DNA of 57,129 nucleotides from Nemertoderma westbladi (lineage: Eukaryota; Animalia; Xenacoelomorpha), in the NCBI GenBank assembly GCA_032718475.1, contig JAUCBJ010006927.1:1-57129 (forward strand). The letters are read 5' to 3'. A program made the position numbers and the translations under genes. How positions within the stretch are numbered: position 1 is the stretch's first letter; every line of letters begins with the position of its first letter. The notes beneath the pieces are model-generated. The model did no database searches. It had not been told where the DNA came from and was given only the letters and a program-made list of their open reading frames with translations. Below are positions 21,494 to 34,325 of this stretch, in pieces.

Positions 21494-23483
21494 TGTTAGC
21501 TTATTCAATCCCGCCAACACCCCATAAAGTTATTAGCCGATAAGCAATATTGGGAGCCACGAGATTGGGCAATTAACCAACTCGTGCCATCCCAATAAGA
21601 ATGGGAAGGAAGCACACAATAGAGGGTCAGGGGCCAAACCCCTAACCCAGAGAGAACAGGTGGAGTGAACGGGAATACTCCACGGGGCGCCAACAAGGGT
21701 ATTAACCCTTTAAGTACCGATACCACAAATTTCTGAACATATGGTGCGCCGACCAAAATACCACCGGCAACAAATGGTTTTCACAGCATATATTTTGACA
21801 TAGAATCGGCAATATTGTACAACAATTATATACAATAGATATATAATATATTTTATATATATATATATATATTTTTTATATATATATATAATATAATATA
21901 ATATATATTTTCGTAAAACAATGTAAACAATTATTGAAGATTTATTAATAATACGTTTGATAACATTATTATATTACAAACCGACATTTTTGTGCCATTC
22001 ACCAGCACAACCAATACATAAACAGGGTTTATATGGACAATCTGGGCAATAACACCCTGTAAGTACATTTTTACCTTTTGCATAGCAAACATGACAACGA
22101 TATCTAGGCTTATGAACCTTACTAGTTGGGGGTAGAAGTTTTATTGAATGCAGCGTCGAATTGTCGGAATCTTGTGAAGTAGATTGTTGGTCTGTCAGGT
22201 AAGATGTTGCAGTACGCTTCAATGGGCTCGCACACTTGATACCAGTCAACCACAGGACTGCTTTCTTTATAAATGGAACCAATCGTTCTTTGCTGTTCTT
22301 TTCCCGTTTATAAAGAAGAAATGCATTGATTAGTAAACGCATCATAAAACTGAAACCAATTTTTTTAAACCATGCGTGGCTTTTTCTAACCGGATTGTAA
22401 TACGCAATAAGTTGGTCTTGTACATCTACGCCTCCCATTTTCTTATTGTATTGGTCAATGGTCGTTGGCTTATCATAATCGATAGTATCACCTCCCCGAA
22501 CAATGCGAGATTTAGGAGTCAGATCAGCGTCGTCGACAGTCGATAAAATCGATTCCTCCTACCCACCCAACCGTTCCAGTAAAAGGAATAAAGTGGTTCG
22601 TAGCATAGGCGTCGGTTCCTGCCTCCACAAAGTTCCACGTCCAAGTACTGGTGCTGGTATTACTACTGTAGAATCGCTACTGTCACTCTCGCTTCCACTG
22701 CTACTCTCATCATCGTCGGTTTCACCTTTATCTCCTCCGGATTCGCTTCCATCGCCACCAGTTTCACTTTCGTCCGATAGCACCTCATCCTCACTTTCCC
22801 GGTGAAAAACATAATACTTGACAGGGTTCTTCCTCCTAACAGGCCTACTCATCCTAACTAGGCCTACTTAAAAAATTAATGAAAACACCCCACAATTCAG
22901 CAATTACTGAAGTAGAAGAGTGTCAGTACTGCAGTTGTAGGTGTGTTCAGGTGTTGTACCGGTTCATGAGCAGGAACATGACATCCAGACTTTATTTAGG
23001 TATCAAATGAAAGCCTAATGCGCGGGCTATTCGAAATGAGTGATTATTTATGCGCTGTACCTACCTATGGACCCGTAGTAACACATTAATGTCATGGATC
23101 AACATCTGATCCATGGCGCACTATGTCATGGATCACCTGTTGATCCATGGGACTCAAAGGGTTAACCAATAAGAGGGGGGAATGGCATCGATTGAGTAGC
23201 AGTAAGGCCACCGTGCAATATAACCAATAACCTATTAATCAGTGATTCAGTTATCTCAGTGCAGCAGTGCTAGCGTAGGGTACAGCCAATTAGTTTAGTT
23301 AGGGGATCACGGGACTTTAGTTACCGTATCCCGCCTTGTACACATTCACAATATATCTATATCCTGTAACCTCTTATTATACACCGAACTTCAGAACTCA
23401 ATATTTCACTCTTATACACGGCGGGGACGCGTGGACTAAATACCACATCGGATAAATCGGGATCCCTCCTGGATCCCGTCACA
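21494..23483 (+). repeat. 3' LTR interrupted by a piggyBac insertion
   Basis: The 212-bp and 318-bp segments reconstitute the 530-bp LTR around a duplicated TTAA. Confidence 0.95.
21706..23161 (-). mobile_element. Internally deleted piggyBac transposon (1456 bp)
   Basis: TTAA TSD at 21702-21705 and 23162-23165; imperfect TIRs ccctttaagtacc/gggactcaaaggg. The acidic N-terminus (22559-22852) is joined to the C-terminus MGGVDVQDQ..WFKK and a Cys-rich domain (21974-22438). Most of the catalytic core is missing. Confidence 0.92.
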
Positions 23484-23599
23484 ATTGTAATGTACTACAA
23501 TAGTGGGAGCGGCGTTGCCTATCTACGTATCAGACCCATAACAGATTGCCGATATCAATGTGGCACGAAAAACTTTCAGTTTCACATCTGTACAAATTG

Positions 23600-23880
23600 T
23601 TAAATACATTTATATCGTGTTTCTCATCGCCGATGTAAATTCCAAGTTAAATATTATATAGCCGCCTCCGCTTTACGGGGCATTTCGTTCGCCATGAAGA
23701 CCAGCCAGTGCATAATCTTGTGCTTTGGCAGCCCCATGGAGAAAATAAGCATGGTTTACTAGACGCCAATGGCTTTCTTGAAACACCTCTTAAAGGACAC
23801 TTTCCTTGAAGATGCGGATGATCTTGCAAATGTGATGTGTGATAGGGAGTTGTGGCGGCGCAATTTTATCGACAAGCCGG
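23600..23880 (+). mobile_element. RTE-like LINE 3' end relic
   Basis: Translates RLRFTGHFVRHEDQPVHNLVLWQPHG...LEDADDLANVMCDRELWRR; related to 52045-52195. Confidence 0.7.
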
Positions 23881-24046
23881 CACATTTGAAATTGTGCTAA
23901 TAATTTGAGTGGACCTGTTCATTAGGTTTAGTAATTAAATATACGTACATACATAGATACATACATACATATACACCATTATGCATTGCATATGTAACAA
24001 CTGCATGTTTATAGTGAATAAATATTGAATAACTAATAATTCCTAG

Positions 24047-24343
24047 GTCAGTAAACGTGGAACTCTGAACGCCACTAGCGGAGAGGTGACTGTCGTTTAC
24101 TACAGACAGTGCGGCGGTATCTGTACTGACCATTACGTTGTTCACGAGGGAACTGTTGACGTCACTCGTTGCTATGAGACCTTCGACAAGAACGGAAACG
24201 CTATTGGATACGAGTGTTTGGCGTGTTGCCGGGACGACCAATGTAATTCATTCGCATTCTCAGGAACAACCCGGACTGTTACGGAAACTAATGGAATTAT
24301 TCTTTATTTTTTTGTGATGTTGATTTTCAATATTTCGCAGTAA
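24047..24343 (+). CDS. Ly6/uPAR three-finger protein, terminal exon with probable GPI-anchor signal
   Basis: Acceptor ttcctag|GTC. Reads VSKRGTLNATSGEVTVVYYRQCGGICT..CLACCRDDQCN, the CCxxDxCN signature, followed by a hydrophobic tail and TAA. The two exons together have 12 Cys. Confidence 0.82.
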   Translation, partial: VSKRGTLNATSGEVTVVYYRQCGGICTDHYVVHEGTVDVTRCYETFDKNGNAIGYECLACCRDDQCNSFAFSGTTRTVTETNGIILYFFVMLIFNISQ

Positions 24344-26390
24344 ACTATTGTATACTGATATGAGATTTACTATGGCAATAATGTAGCTTTCGTCGGACTG
24401 TTATATCTTTATGGATCTAAAAAGATTATTTAATGTGATTTAAATAGTCAACAGAAACAACGGATTAAATAATAATTAATATAATAAAATATTGTAAATC
24501 CCACCATCTTTTTTGTTTATTTGACCCGAAACTAGGTTGTCCGTCTCACATCTCCGGGGACCTATCCAATAAAACTACATCCATAATTGATATCGATAAG
24601 TCCAATTCTTATAAAACACCTGTCAGTCAGTGGTCATCGAGAGTCGGCAGGGAAAACCTAAAAATTACATGATTCCAATCTACATAAGCAGATTGAGTAA
24701 ATCCCGTATGGGCTATTTGAAAGAAATTGTAGAAATTAAATACTGTTTGGTCCTGCTTACTTAATTCTTATTTAATTGTATATTTCAGAATAATTTTTAG
24801 AGAATAATAATTTTTAATTTTTTTCATTTGTTCAATTGGATAATATCATCGAATTCTAGAATATTCCGACTCTTCTACACGTTTTGTACCCCAGATTTAA
24901 AATAAATTATAATACTGTAATATTAAAACTCCACCTCTTATCGATCCATCATGTATGGGAGAGAGCATTAGTAATTACGATGAGATAGTGCGGTGCCAAG
25001 CCATTCAGATTCTTAAATATAATTAAATAAAATATTTATTTATTTACAGGCTATAATTGCAGTATTTTATAAGTGTTTTTTTCTACATTTATTTCAATAA
25101 ATTCTCGGAATGAAGTCTCTAGGTCGTTACGTGCTGCTTTCTGTGCTATTAATGTAAAATACGGCATGTACCGAGACATTAGGTCCGGGACCCTATTGCT
25201 TTGCCCAAATTCAATTCAGCTTAAATCTTTCACTATTTCAGTTATTGTTATTGTGTTAGGCCCTGGATGGAGGACTAAAGGACAGCCACTGTCCCTCTTG
25301 CAGTGGGGGCCATAACTGTTTTATTTCAAATTTATTATTTATATTTTACATTTTACATTGCTGTGGCAACAAAGTCTTGCAGGGCCTTTAAATTTGGATG
25401 TATTAAAGATGCTGAGCGGGTTAATAAAAGCAAAAGTTATGGCAGATTAAAACCAACTTATCACTTAAATTGTTCCTGAAAACTTTAGATCGATTTACTC
25501 AGCTTCATTTTTTTAGCACCAAAAATGCTAAGGATCCCCAGGTGATGGTTGAAATATTCTCATTTTTTGCACATACTGTACGTTCTTTGGGATGTGTTAC
25601 AGTTACACTACAAAGAAAGTTTCAAATTTTTTAAGTAAACTTGTTTTATAACAAAGTATGTTTCAAATTTGGGTGAGTTTTGACAAATTTTGAAAATTAT
25701 GAGCCACTAATTTGAAAAATCGCAGCTAAAATGAAAACGAAACAAGTTGTCAATTTTTGTCTGTACGGATGTTTTGTATTAGACCGACTCTTCTAAACGT
25801 TTTGTAACCCAGATTTAAAATAAATTATAATACTGTAATATTAAGAAAGAATTAGTGATTTAATTTATTTTGAATAAATTAGGCTAGTTAGGTCCAAATT
25901 TGAGAAAAATTAAAAATTTGAGCCACAACGAGCAACAATGGGGAACAATGGATAAACAGTAACTACAATAAGTAGCAGTAACTACAATAAGTAGCAGTAA
26001 CTATAATATAGTAACTACAGTAACAGTAACTATCATACAGTTACTTAACAGTACACCACTATGTAGATTAAAGATTCATTATACAGTATAATGTAATAGT
26101 AATTTATACTATACATCATATCCTGCAATTGTTGTCGTTATTGAGGCGCTACCACCCCCCCCCCCCCCCCCCCACCAAAAAAAACAAAAAAAATTACGCA
26201 ATGCTACTTTTTTGCTACTTTTTTTTCTTATTTTAAACGCAAATTGTATTGCTGAATCGTGACTTTTTCCAAATTGCGACTTTTTGCCGAAATGCATCTT
26301 TTTTGCCGAAACGTAACTTTATTGCCGAATCACGACTCTTGCCGAACGCAACAGTTGCCATGACGCGGTGTATCTGTCTGTGACCGATAA

Positions 26391-26625
26391 TCACAAGAAT
26401 GTAATTTAATGTGATAACTAACATACTGTACAATGGTATCTATAGGCCTACTAAGTTAGTTACTAATAATTGTTCTATAAAGGTCTTAATACTTGCCGCC
26501 TTTGATTGCCTTTATGATACTTTATTGATTGCATCAGCTCTTTTCCTTTCGCCAGTAAATCCAACGACGCCTGCGACAAAGAAGGGAAGTTGTAGCACAT
26601 CAAGTGCGGGTTAGATATTTCCTTA
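26391..26625 (+). pseudogene. Relic of a FReD promoter and exon 1 with an internal deletion
   Basis: Aligns to about 34077-34209 joined directly to about 34362-34457 (SALFLSPVNPT). The ATG region is deleted. Confidence 0.8.
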
Positions 26626-26849
26626 AGCCCGGTTTATACACTCAAAAAAATTTATTGTTTGCCAAGCGGCTAAAAACATTATCAGTACGACAAAATAATC
26701 TTGTCAAAAAAAGAGAAGAATATACAGTAGGAGAATATAAAGAATATAGGTTGACAGTTGGACGGTTGGAAGGACCACGTTGAGAAGCTTCTAAACAATG
26801 AAAGGGTATTGCCTGATAACTTTGAGGTACATCGTGTATCTGAATCGTG

Positions 26850-27395
26850 CCAGTGGAGTAGATGATGTGCCCCCTGAGGTCTTTAAAATTCCTCAGTGCT
26901 TGGAGCTCATTCACCCCAATTGTGGACATGTATAGGACAAAGAGAGTCCTTCAAGAACTGAAAACAAATAAGTTGGTCCCAACCCCAAAGAAGGGCAACC
27001 TAACAACCCGTGGATCTTTTAATGGAATCTAAAATGTCACTAATCTCAATTGCTTCAAAGCTATACAACAGAATTCTATTAAATCGCCTCATGGATCCTG
27101 TTGAGAGACTGTTACGTGGGGACCAAAATGGGTTCCGTAAAGGTCGTGGGATGATGGAGTCTATTCTGGCACTCTGATGGATAATCGAAGAGTTATCGAT
27201 AAAGAAAGACAGAAAAACTGGCTATTATCTTTGTTGACTTCTTTAAGGACTTCAGTCTCCCGACCACGTATGTTCAGCATACTTGCAGCATATGGGATTT
27301 CTGAGGAAATTATTGCAGCTATAAGATCACTGTGCGATGGTCCCACCACATTTGTGTCTACTGCTGATAGTGACACAGATCCATTCGAAGTCTTA
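26850..27395 (+). mobile_element. RTE-like LINE reverse transcriptase relic
   Basis: PGVDDVPPEVFK, PKKGNL, SIASKLYNRILLNRL, DQNGFRKGR and ILAAYGI, with frameshifts. Confidence 0.8.
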
Positions 27396-28392
27396 TACAG
27401 ATCCTTGCTAAGGAAATACCACTATCCTTAGCAAGTGATAATTAGGGGTCAACTCCATATTGACCCCAAACACCGGGTTCATAAGAGGCCACATTTCACA
27501 AAATCAGCCGTCAGAAACACTCGGCCTTGTAGATGGCAGCCCCCTGGCCCGCTATCTTGGCTCAGTTTCTCAGCAGTCGGGCTGGACTGTTCCTATACTC
27601 TCCTTTACTTCGCCTAGTATCGGTGGGGCTTAGGAGCGTGGCTAGTTCCCGCTGAGAACCGAGCATGTGGCCAACCAGCCCTCTAGCTAAAACTTGCGCA
27701 CTCTGCCCGCAGACTCATTGGAGCGACCTTTGGACAAACCTAAGTCGGAGGATAAAGTAGCAGCTAACTTTCGGCGTCCAATTCGGTCGCACCCCCGTTT
27801 GGACACAGAAGGTAACCTGGTGTTTGCACTATTGCCAAGTTTATTACAACTGTTTTAGAAACCTATTTTCATTTTAGACCTGTTAGACTGTTAGACATTT
27901 TAGACTGTTAGTATTTAAGTCCAGAAACGACTAAAATACTATATTTTGTGTATTATACTTTTGGTTACAATTATATGGATTGTATAATTTTTCGATGTTA
28001 TACTTTGGTTCCTAACGGACCCAAACCACCCCTCATCCGGTTTCTGTTTTTCCCTCTTCCCGGAGGTTTTTCTATGGTGTTACGTACCGTAGGTAGTATG
28101 ATAATAAGTAAGACAGGGCAATAACCAGCAATATAATGTCTATATTATTGTTATTTATAGATAGGCATAAAGTTATTGGAATATAAGCAATAATCTTATA
28201 TATGTAATCCGGTTCATTACGGTCAGACGGTACCAACCTACCGGTACTGCAATATTACCCTAGGCTAATAAGTAGTTAATTATATATCTAAATATATTCA
28301 GTTTAAATTTACCGCCCTTTTATATTAAGGGGCTAGGCCCTATAATTGATCCTATACCAAGTCCTTCTTTTTTTTTTTTTTTTTTTAATGAG

Positions 28393-31300
28393 TTAGTTAC
28401 TGCCACCAAAGTGATGATAGTTTAAACGATTTGGTATCTTTCGTTCACGTTGTGGTGAATCCTTTTGTACTTTATGGTCCATTATCGTTGACTCTCCCTT
28501 CTCTCCAGATAGTGGTATGGATGGAGATGCCTTTATATCATTTGGTGTTCTTAGGTCTTTCAGCACTTGTCTTAGGTGTCTTCTATTACGCCATAACGAA
28601 TGTCCATTTTCAAATCGAAGTAGATAGCAACGTTTGTTTTGTTCGCTGCGTATAACTTCAGCCAAACGATCCCAATGTTTGGTCTTTGGGTTCTGTACCC
28701 GAACAAGGTCGCCCTTTGGGATTTCTACGAGTGGGGTTGTGGAGTAGTCGTAATAAACTTTTCTCTTTTGGTCATTTATGATGCGTTTTTCATTCGCAAT
28801 GTCAAATTGTGATGAATGGTCTGGGATGTATGATTCCTTATTAGAGGGAACTCGGGAATGCAATGGTCTTCCAAATATTCGTTGGGCTGGTGATAAACCA
28901 TCTGCCCGTGGACCATTTCGCAACTCTAACAATCCACTGAGGAAATCATTGCTGTTGATATCACCACCACTTTTGGCTAGAAGGCCCTTAACCATCTTGA
29001 CAATCATTTCCGCATGTCCATTGCTTTGTGGATGGTAAGGAGATGAAGGCCTCCACACAACACCCCATTCCTTGAGGAACTGTTGAGTTAAATAAGCCTT
29101 ATATTGTGGTCCTCTATCGCTGCGTAAAATATTTGGAATACCCATAAGAGCAAAATTATATCGAAGGATGGAGACAACCTCTGAAGCAGTAGGATCATGA
29201 TCGAATTTATCTACTAGAGGATACCCTGACCATCTATCCGCATATACTAAGTAATGTCGTCCTCCATATTTAAATAGGTCCAGGTAGCCATTTCGAATGG
29301 TCTAGTGGGCATAGCTTGTTCTTGGATAAGAGGTTCTGGTGGATTTGAGGAATGATACCGTTGGCATTGTTCACACAAATCTAAAGTTGTCTTAATGTTG
29401 TTCGAAATACCGGGCCAATATACTGCCTGACGGGCTCGACGTTGAGTCTTCTGAATTCCTTGATGACTGACATGCAGTCGTTTTAGGACATCCTTTATGG
29501 CATTGGGAGGTATGATTATACGTGGGCCCCGGAACACAAGTGAACCCGAACTTGTTTTATCCACTGAGAGCTCCTCAGAAATTTTACTAAATTGACGGAT
29601 ATAAGAATTAGAGTTATCCGCAACTGACCCATTTATGACTGCCTCTACTAAGGCCCTGTAATCCTTACAGATGTTCGCTTGGGCTCTAAGAGAATCCAAT
29701 ATGAGATCTGGAACAACATCGGATATTGCTTGTTGGATTACGTTCACATGGATCTGAGATTCATGATTATGAACTGGGGTCATGTCATCTTCTTCTGGAT
29801 CACTGACTGGGGCTCTCGATAATGCGTCAGGAATCGCATGTTTCGATCCTTTCCTCCATGACACAGTAAAATTGTATGTTGCAAGTTTAGCACGATAAGC
29901 CTGTACCTTGGGATTCTCGATTTCAGCCATACTGTATTTATTGAATAATGATTCAAGGGGTTTGTGGTCTGTAATAACTGTGTAGGATGCCATTCCTGCT
30001 AAGTATACATGGCATTTCTGTGTGGCCCACAATATGGCCAATGCTTCAAGTTCTATAATGGCATATCGAGATTCCACATCCTTCAAAAAACGACTTCCTG
30101 CCTGTATAAGGCGCCAGTGTTCATCTTGTTTTTGAAGTAGTGCATATCCCAATCCATGTAGTTTACTAGCATCAGTTTCTAACATTGTCTCTGCCTGGGG
30201 GTCATACATTCCAAGTACTGGTGGGGATACCAAGGCTTGTTTAGTTGCTATAAATGCTTTATCATTAGAAGGATTCCAAACAAATTCATATTTTGTGGAC
30301 AAGAGTTCTCTAAGAGGTCTTGCTGCACTTGAAACTTCTGATGAAAATGACCCAAGTTGATTAACCAATCCCATGAATGAACGAAGGTCCGTTCTAGTGG
30401 TTGGGGTTGGGAAATCTGCAATTGCTGAAAGTTTTTTGCCATCTGCCCCAATTGAGCCATGTGTAATCTCATAACCCACAAAGGTAATCTTCTCTGCACA
30501 TAGGATGGACTTTACTTTGTTTACCGTAAAACCGTGCCGTGCGCATCTTTCTAAAACTTCACAGACTAATCGAATAAGGTCACGAAAGTTGGAATGACCC
30601 ATCCCTATATCATCTACTACTTTGTGGACTTTTAAGTCGTCCATTGCAGCGTCACCCCTCTGAGAGAACGAGTCTCCTGTTGAGATAAACCCCATTGGGC
30701 TACGAAGGAATTTATGTCTACCCCATGGGGTGATAAATGTCGTTAGTTCCTGGCTGTCAGCATGGAGGGGCATTTGCCAATACCCTTTAGTGAGGTCTAT
30801 CTTCGCAAAATATCGGTCATTCCTATCAAACCCTGATACTGCCTCTGTTGGGGTCTTTGTAGGGTATGTTGATCGGATAACCTGACCATTCAGTTTTGTC
30901 AGATCAACTGTAAATCGGATCTCTGATGATCCGGGTTTAGGAGCGATGACAATGGGGTGACACCATGTTGTAGGTTTGTCACCCAGGGGTTCAACTATAC
31001 CCCGTTTTACCATATAATCCAGAGCTTCCTTGGCCTTCTCTCGGTATGCATATGGGATCTGTCGTGCTGAATGAATCGCATATGGAACAGCATCCTTTTT
31101 GAGTGTAATTTTCATTGGCTCTCCTACTACCGGTCCACACATAGGCTTCAACGTATCTGTGTCATCAAAAACTACTGCATACTTTATATGAAGCATTTCT
31201 GATACCTCCCTAAATGTTTTCGATGTTGGTTCATTGGGTAATGTAGTTATCCAGGTTTCTCTTTCAGACCATATTTCTTTATCTAGTTTGCGTGGTTCCA

Positions 31301-33050
31301 ATTTTAATGATTTGGATTCATCTATTATATTGAAACCCGACTCATTGTTATTATAATTAAAAGTCAAAGAATTTATATCAGCAGTTTCTTCTGCCGTAGC
31401 CTGGACTGACTCAGACCCAATCTTACTCCCATTACCAAAAATGGTTTCGTTAGGAGTAGGTTTAGTTTTTTGTAGTGGTTGTGGAAAGTCGTGGTTAACA
31501 ATTGCGAATCCCTTGCATGCTTCCAAAGATAAATAGAAACCTTCAATATTATAACAAACAACTATTGTGTCTTGTACACTGTAACCATTTGCCGATAATG
31601 CTGCCTGAAATGTCCCAGCTTGAATGAGGGGCTTATTATCAATGGCTAAAATCTCCAGTCTAAGAGGTGGCTGAAGATAAATCCTTTCAGCCAATCCTGA
31701 GTGTTTAAAATCAGATATCCCCATAACTGTAACCCCTGCCCAAGTATCGGGCCAAGCTGGGTGAGCATACCTCTCACCATTTTCTATGGTAATTGTTACA
31801 GGTAAATAGTCAGAGGTCCGTTTCATAGAAGCTATAGTAAGAGAATCTAAATGACTTACGTTGAGCCTCCTTGGATTTTTGCGGCATACCGTTCCAAAGT
31901 GTCCTTTTTTATTACAAATTGTGCATATTGCTTTCCGGGCTGGGCAGTTATGTTGGCCCGATCGATATTCTCCGCAATGTGAGCAAACTGCTTTTCCAGA
32001 AGAAAAGTTCCCCACAGGACCTGCTGTTTGGCGTGTTTTGTACGCTGTAGGTTTGTTTGCATATACCCCGCAGCTATTATAATTTGACCCACCTGAATCC
32101 TGACCAATCTGGTGTGCCCCTTTTCGAGATGTTTCCAGATTTGTAAGGAATGTTCGTGCTGCAGCAAAATTTGGTGGGTCTTTTGCCATTAGCTTAGCTC
32201 GATCCTCGTCGCTTTGAATGGCTTGCACCAGTAATGCTGTATGCAGACGATCTTGTGTTATAGCTGCAGTATCTGCATAGTCCCCTAACTCTACAATTTC
32301 ATTGCAAATATGGACAATAGACTGGTTGTCTTTTTGTCTAACAGCTAACAAGTCTTTCATATCCACATGGCGATTACGTAATTCTCGAAGATGTCGAATT
32401 ATTGTTTCCAATATGTCACTGACATCGCGACCGGTGTTTGCTGGGATACCTAAAGTGTTATGTACAGTGCGGAGGAACCCAGGTGAGCAGCATTCCCATA
32501 AGGCCGCTACCTGTACCGTTCTTGGTCTCTTTCCTAGTTCCATTAAAGCCGCATAATTTTCCCATAACGCTTGCCATGCCTTAAACCCCCGGAAGTCGAT
32601 ATCTTCCTCCAGACTTTGTGGGCGTTTAGCCGAAAAACGTGGCAACTCCTGAGAAATGGGTTGTACGTGGTCTGGTAGTAGAGGGTTAGATATACTCATG
32701 TTAGCTGTAGAGTTATTTATTCCTTGTTGAGTTCGCCGGGCTTCCAGATCCCGTCGAATTCCCCGCACTTTGGCTGTCGCCTTTGACAAACCCATCTCGT
32801 GTTTGTAAAGTTCGGGGTCTGCATCCGTCGACTCGGCCAAAGGATGTGCTATAACCTCATTCTCTGCTGTCTGGTACTTTTCTACCTTAACTTTCCAATC
32901 TTCAACAAGGACTTCCAAGTAATCCGGGTCTTCATCCCAGTCATACTCCTGTATAGCATTATCAAACATGTTTGAGGATCTTGTACAGGCTGATTTATAA
33001 CCTGCTCTTGAAGATTTCAGCTTTGAGACCTCGACACGTGATGCTGACAT
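28393..33050 (-). CDS. Gag-Pol polyprotein with a 1-nt frameshift near 29281 in integrase
   Basis: Knuckle CTICNKKGHFGTVC; protease PDTWA (DTGA mutated); RT KIDLTKGYWQ and VVDD; RNase H ETDAS, ELEALA and TDHKPL; integrase HHCC, SDRGPQY and HPQSNGHAE. Confidence 0.92.
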
Positions 33051-33176
33051 TATGTAACTTACTTTTTGGACTGACCTGGTTTATTTTTGTATAGATTCAG
33101 AAATTATTATTTCCCCTCAATATGTTAGTTATGTTGTTATCGCCTTAGAATTTCATCTTCTAACTGAGGTCAACAA

Positions 33177-33188
33177 CTCGCAGCGCCA
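33177..33188 (-). promoter_or_regulatory. Primer-binding site TGGCGCTGCGAG, probably tRNA-Ser
   Basis: Immediately follows the 5' LTR on the minus strand and resembles the complement of tRNA-Ser 3' ends. Confidence 0.7.
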
Positions 33189-34325
33189 TAGTATGATAAT
33201 AAGTAAGACAGGGCAATAACCAGCAACATAATGTCTATATTATTGTTATTTATAGATAGGCATAAAGTTATTGGAATATAAGCAATAATCTTATATATGT
33301 AATCCGGTTCATTACGGTCAGACGGTACCAACCTACCGGTACTGCAATATTACCCTAGGCTAATAAGTAGTTAATTATATATCTAAATATATTCAGTTTA
33401 AATTTACCGCCCTTATATATTAAGGGGCTAGGCCCTATAATTGATCCTATACCAGTAGGCCTACACTATTTTTTATACCAATGAAGACATTAATAAATGG
33501 AAAATAGAAATCACTGTGATTTAGTACTATCATGAAAGGGTTGAGGAAGTCCGATTATAACAAGTCGTTGACGGACCGTGTTCTATGCGAGTCAGTCTTT
33601 CCGCCGAGGAGAAACCAAAACAGTAAACGAGTGTGTTAAAACTAGGAAATTTTGAGATACTTAAAAAGCCGTTTAGGATCTTATTGTGCTGAAAGGCACG
33701 AGAAATCCTTTACACCACCGCTGCGACGCCCTTGTCTGTAACGTAACTGGTAGCTAGGCGCCAGCAGTCAGTTTGTAACTTTTTAACTGGTAGCCAGGCG
33801 CCTACAGTCTGTCTGTAACTGTTAGCTAGGCGCCAGCAGTCCGTTTGTAACTGGTAGCCAGGCACCAGTTAACCATTAACAAACTGGTTCTCAATCGTCC
33901 ACACTAACATGTATGTGTTTATATTAATATATTTTGTATACCAGTAAGGAGGCATTTATAAAAGGTGGAGGTTATTTTCAACATTGAAAGAGAGAAATAA
34001 ACGAAACGAAACAATGTCCAGCAGTCTGTCTGTGACTGGTAGCTAGGCGCCAGGCAGTCTGTCTATAACTGTTAATCATAAGAATGTAATTTAAAGTGAT
34101 AAATTAACATACAATGGTATCTACACTAAGGTAGTTACTAATACTTGTTCTATAAAGGTTTTAATAATTGCCGCCTTTGATTGCCTTTATGAGACTTTAT
34201 TCATTGCATAAGTAATTGCCTTTGTCAAAAGTGTATAAATAGGAGAATTTTTAGGGCATTAAAACCATGCTCTATCAGAAAATTATCTTAACTTTAGTTA
34301 CAAGTTATTTACAAATACTATAAAA

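Larger units (their letters stand above)
10405..23483 (+). mobile_element. Full-length non-autonomous BEL/Pao-type LTR element (gag-pro plus exonuclease/zinc-knuckle ORF; no RT, RNase H or integrase seen)
   Basis: TGT...ACA LTRs at both ends. 5-bp TSD ATTGT at 10400-10404 and 23484-23488. Polypurine tract GGGGGGGAG before the 3' LTR. BEL-type gag and protease motifs. Confidence 0.92.
28094..33454 (-). mobile_element. Near-intact Ty3/Gypsy (Mag-like) LTR retrotransposon, 5361 bp
   Basis: 266-bp LTRs at 28094-28359 and 33189-33454 with two differences seen. TSD GTAGG at 28089-28093 and 33455-33459. PBS, A-rich PPT and gag-pol present. Confidence 0.95.
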
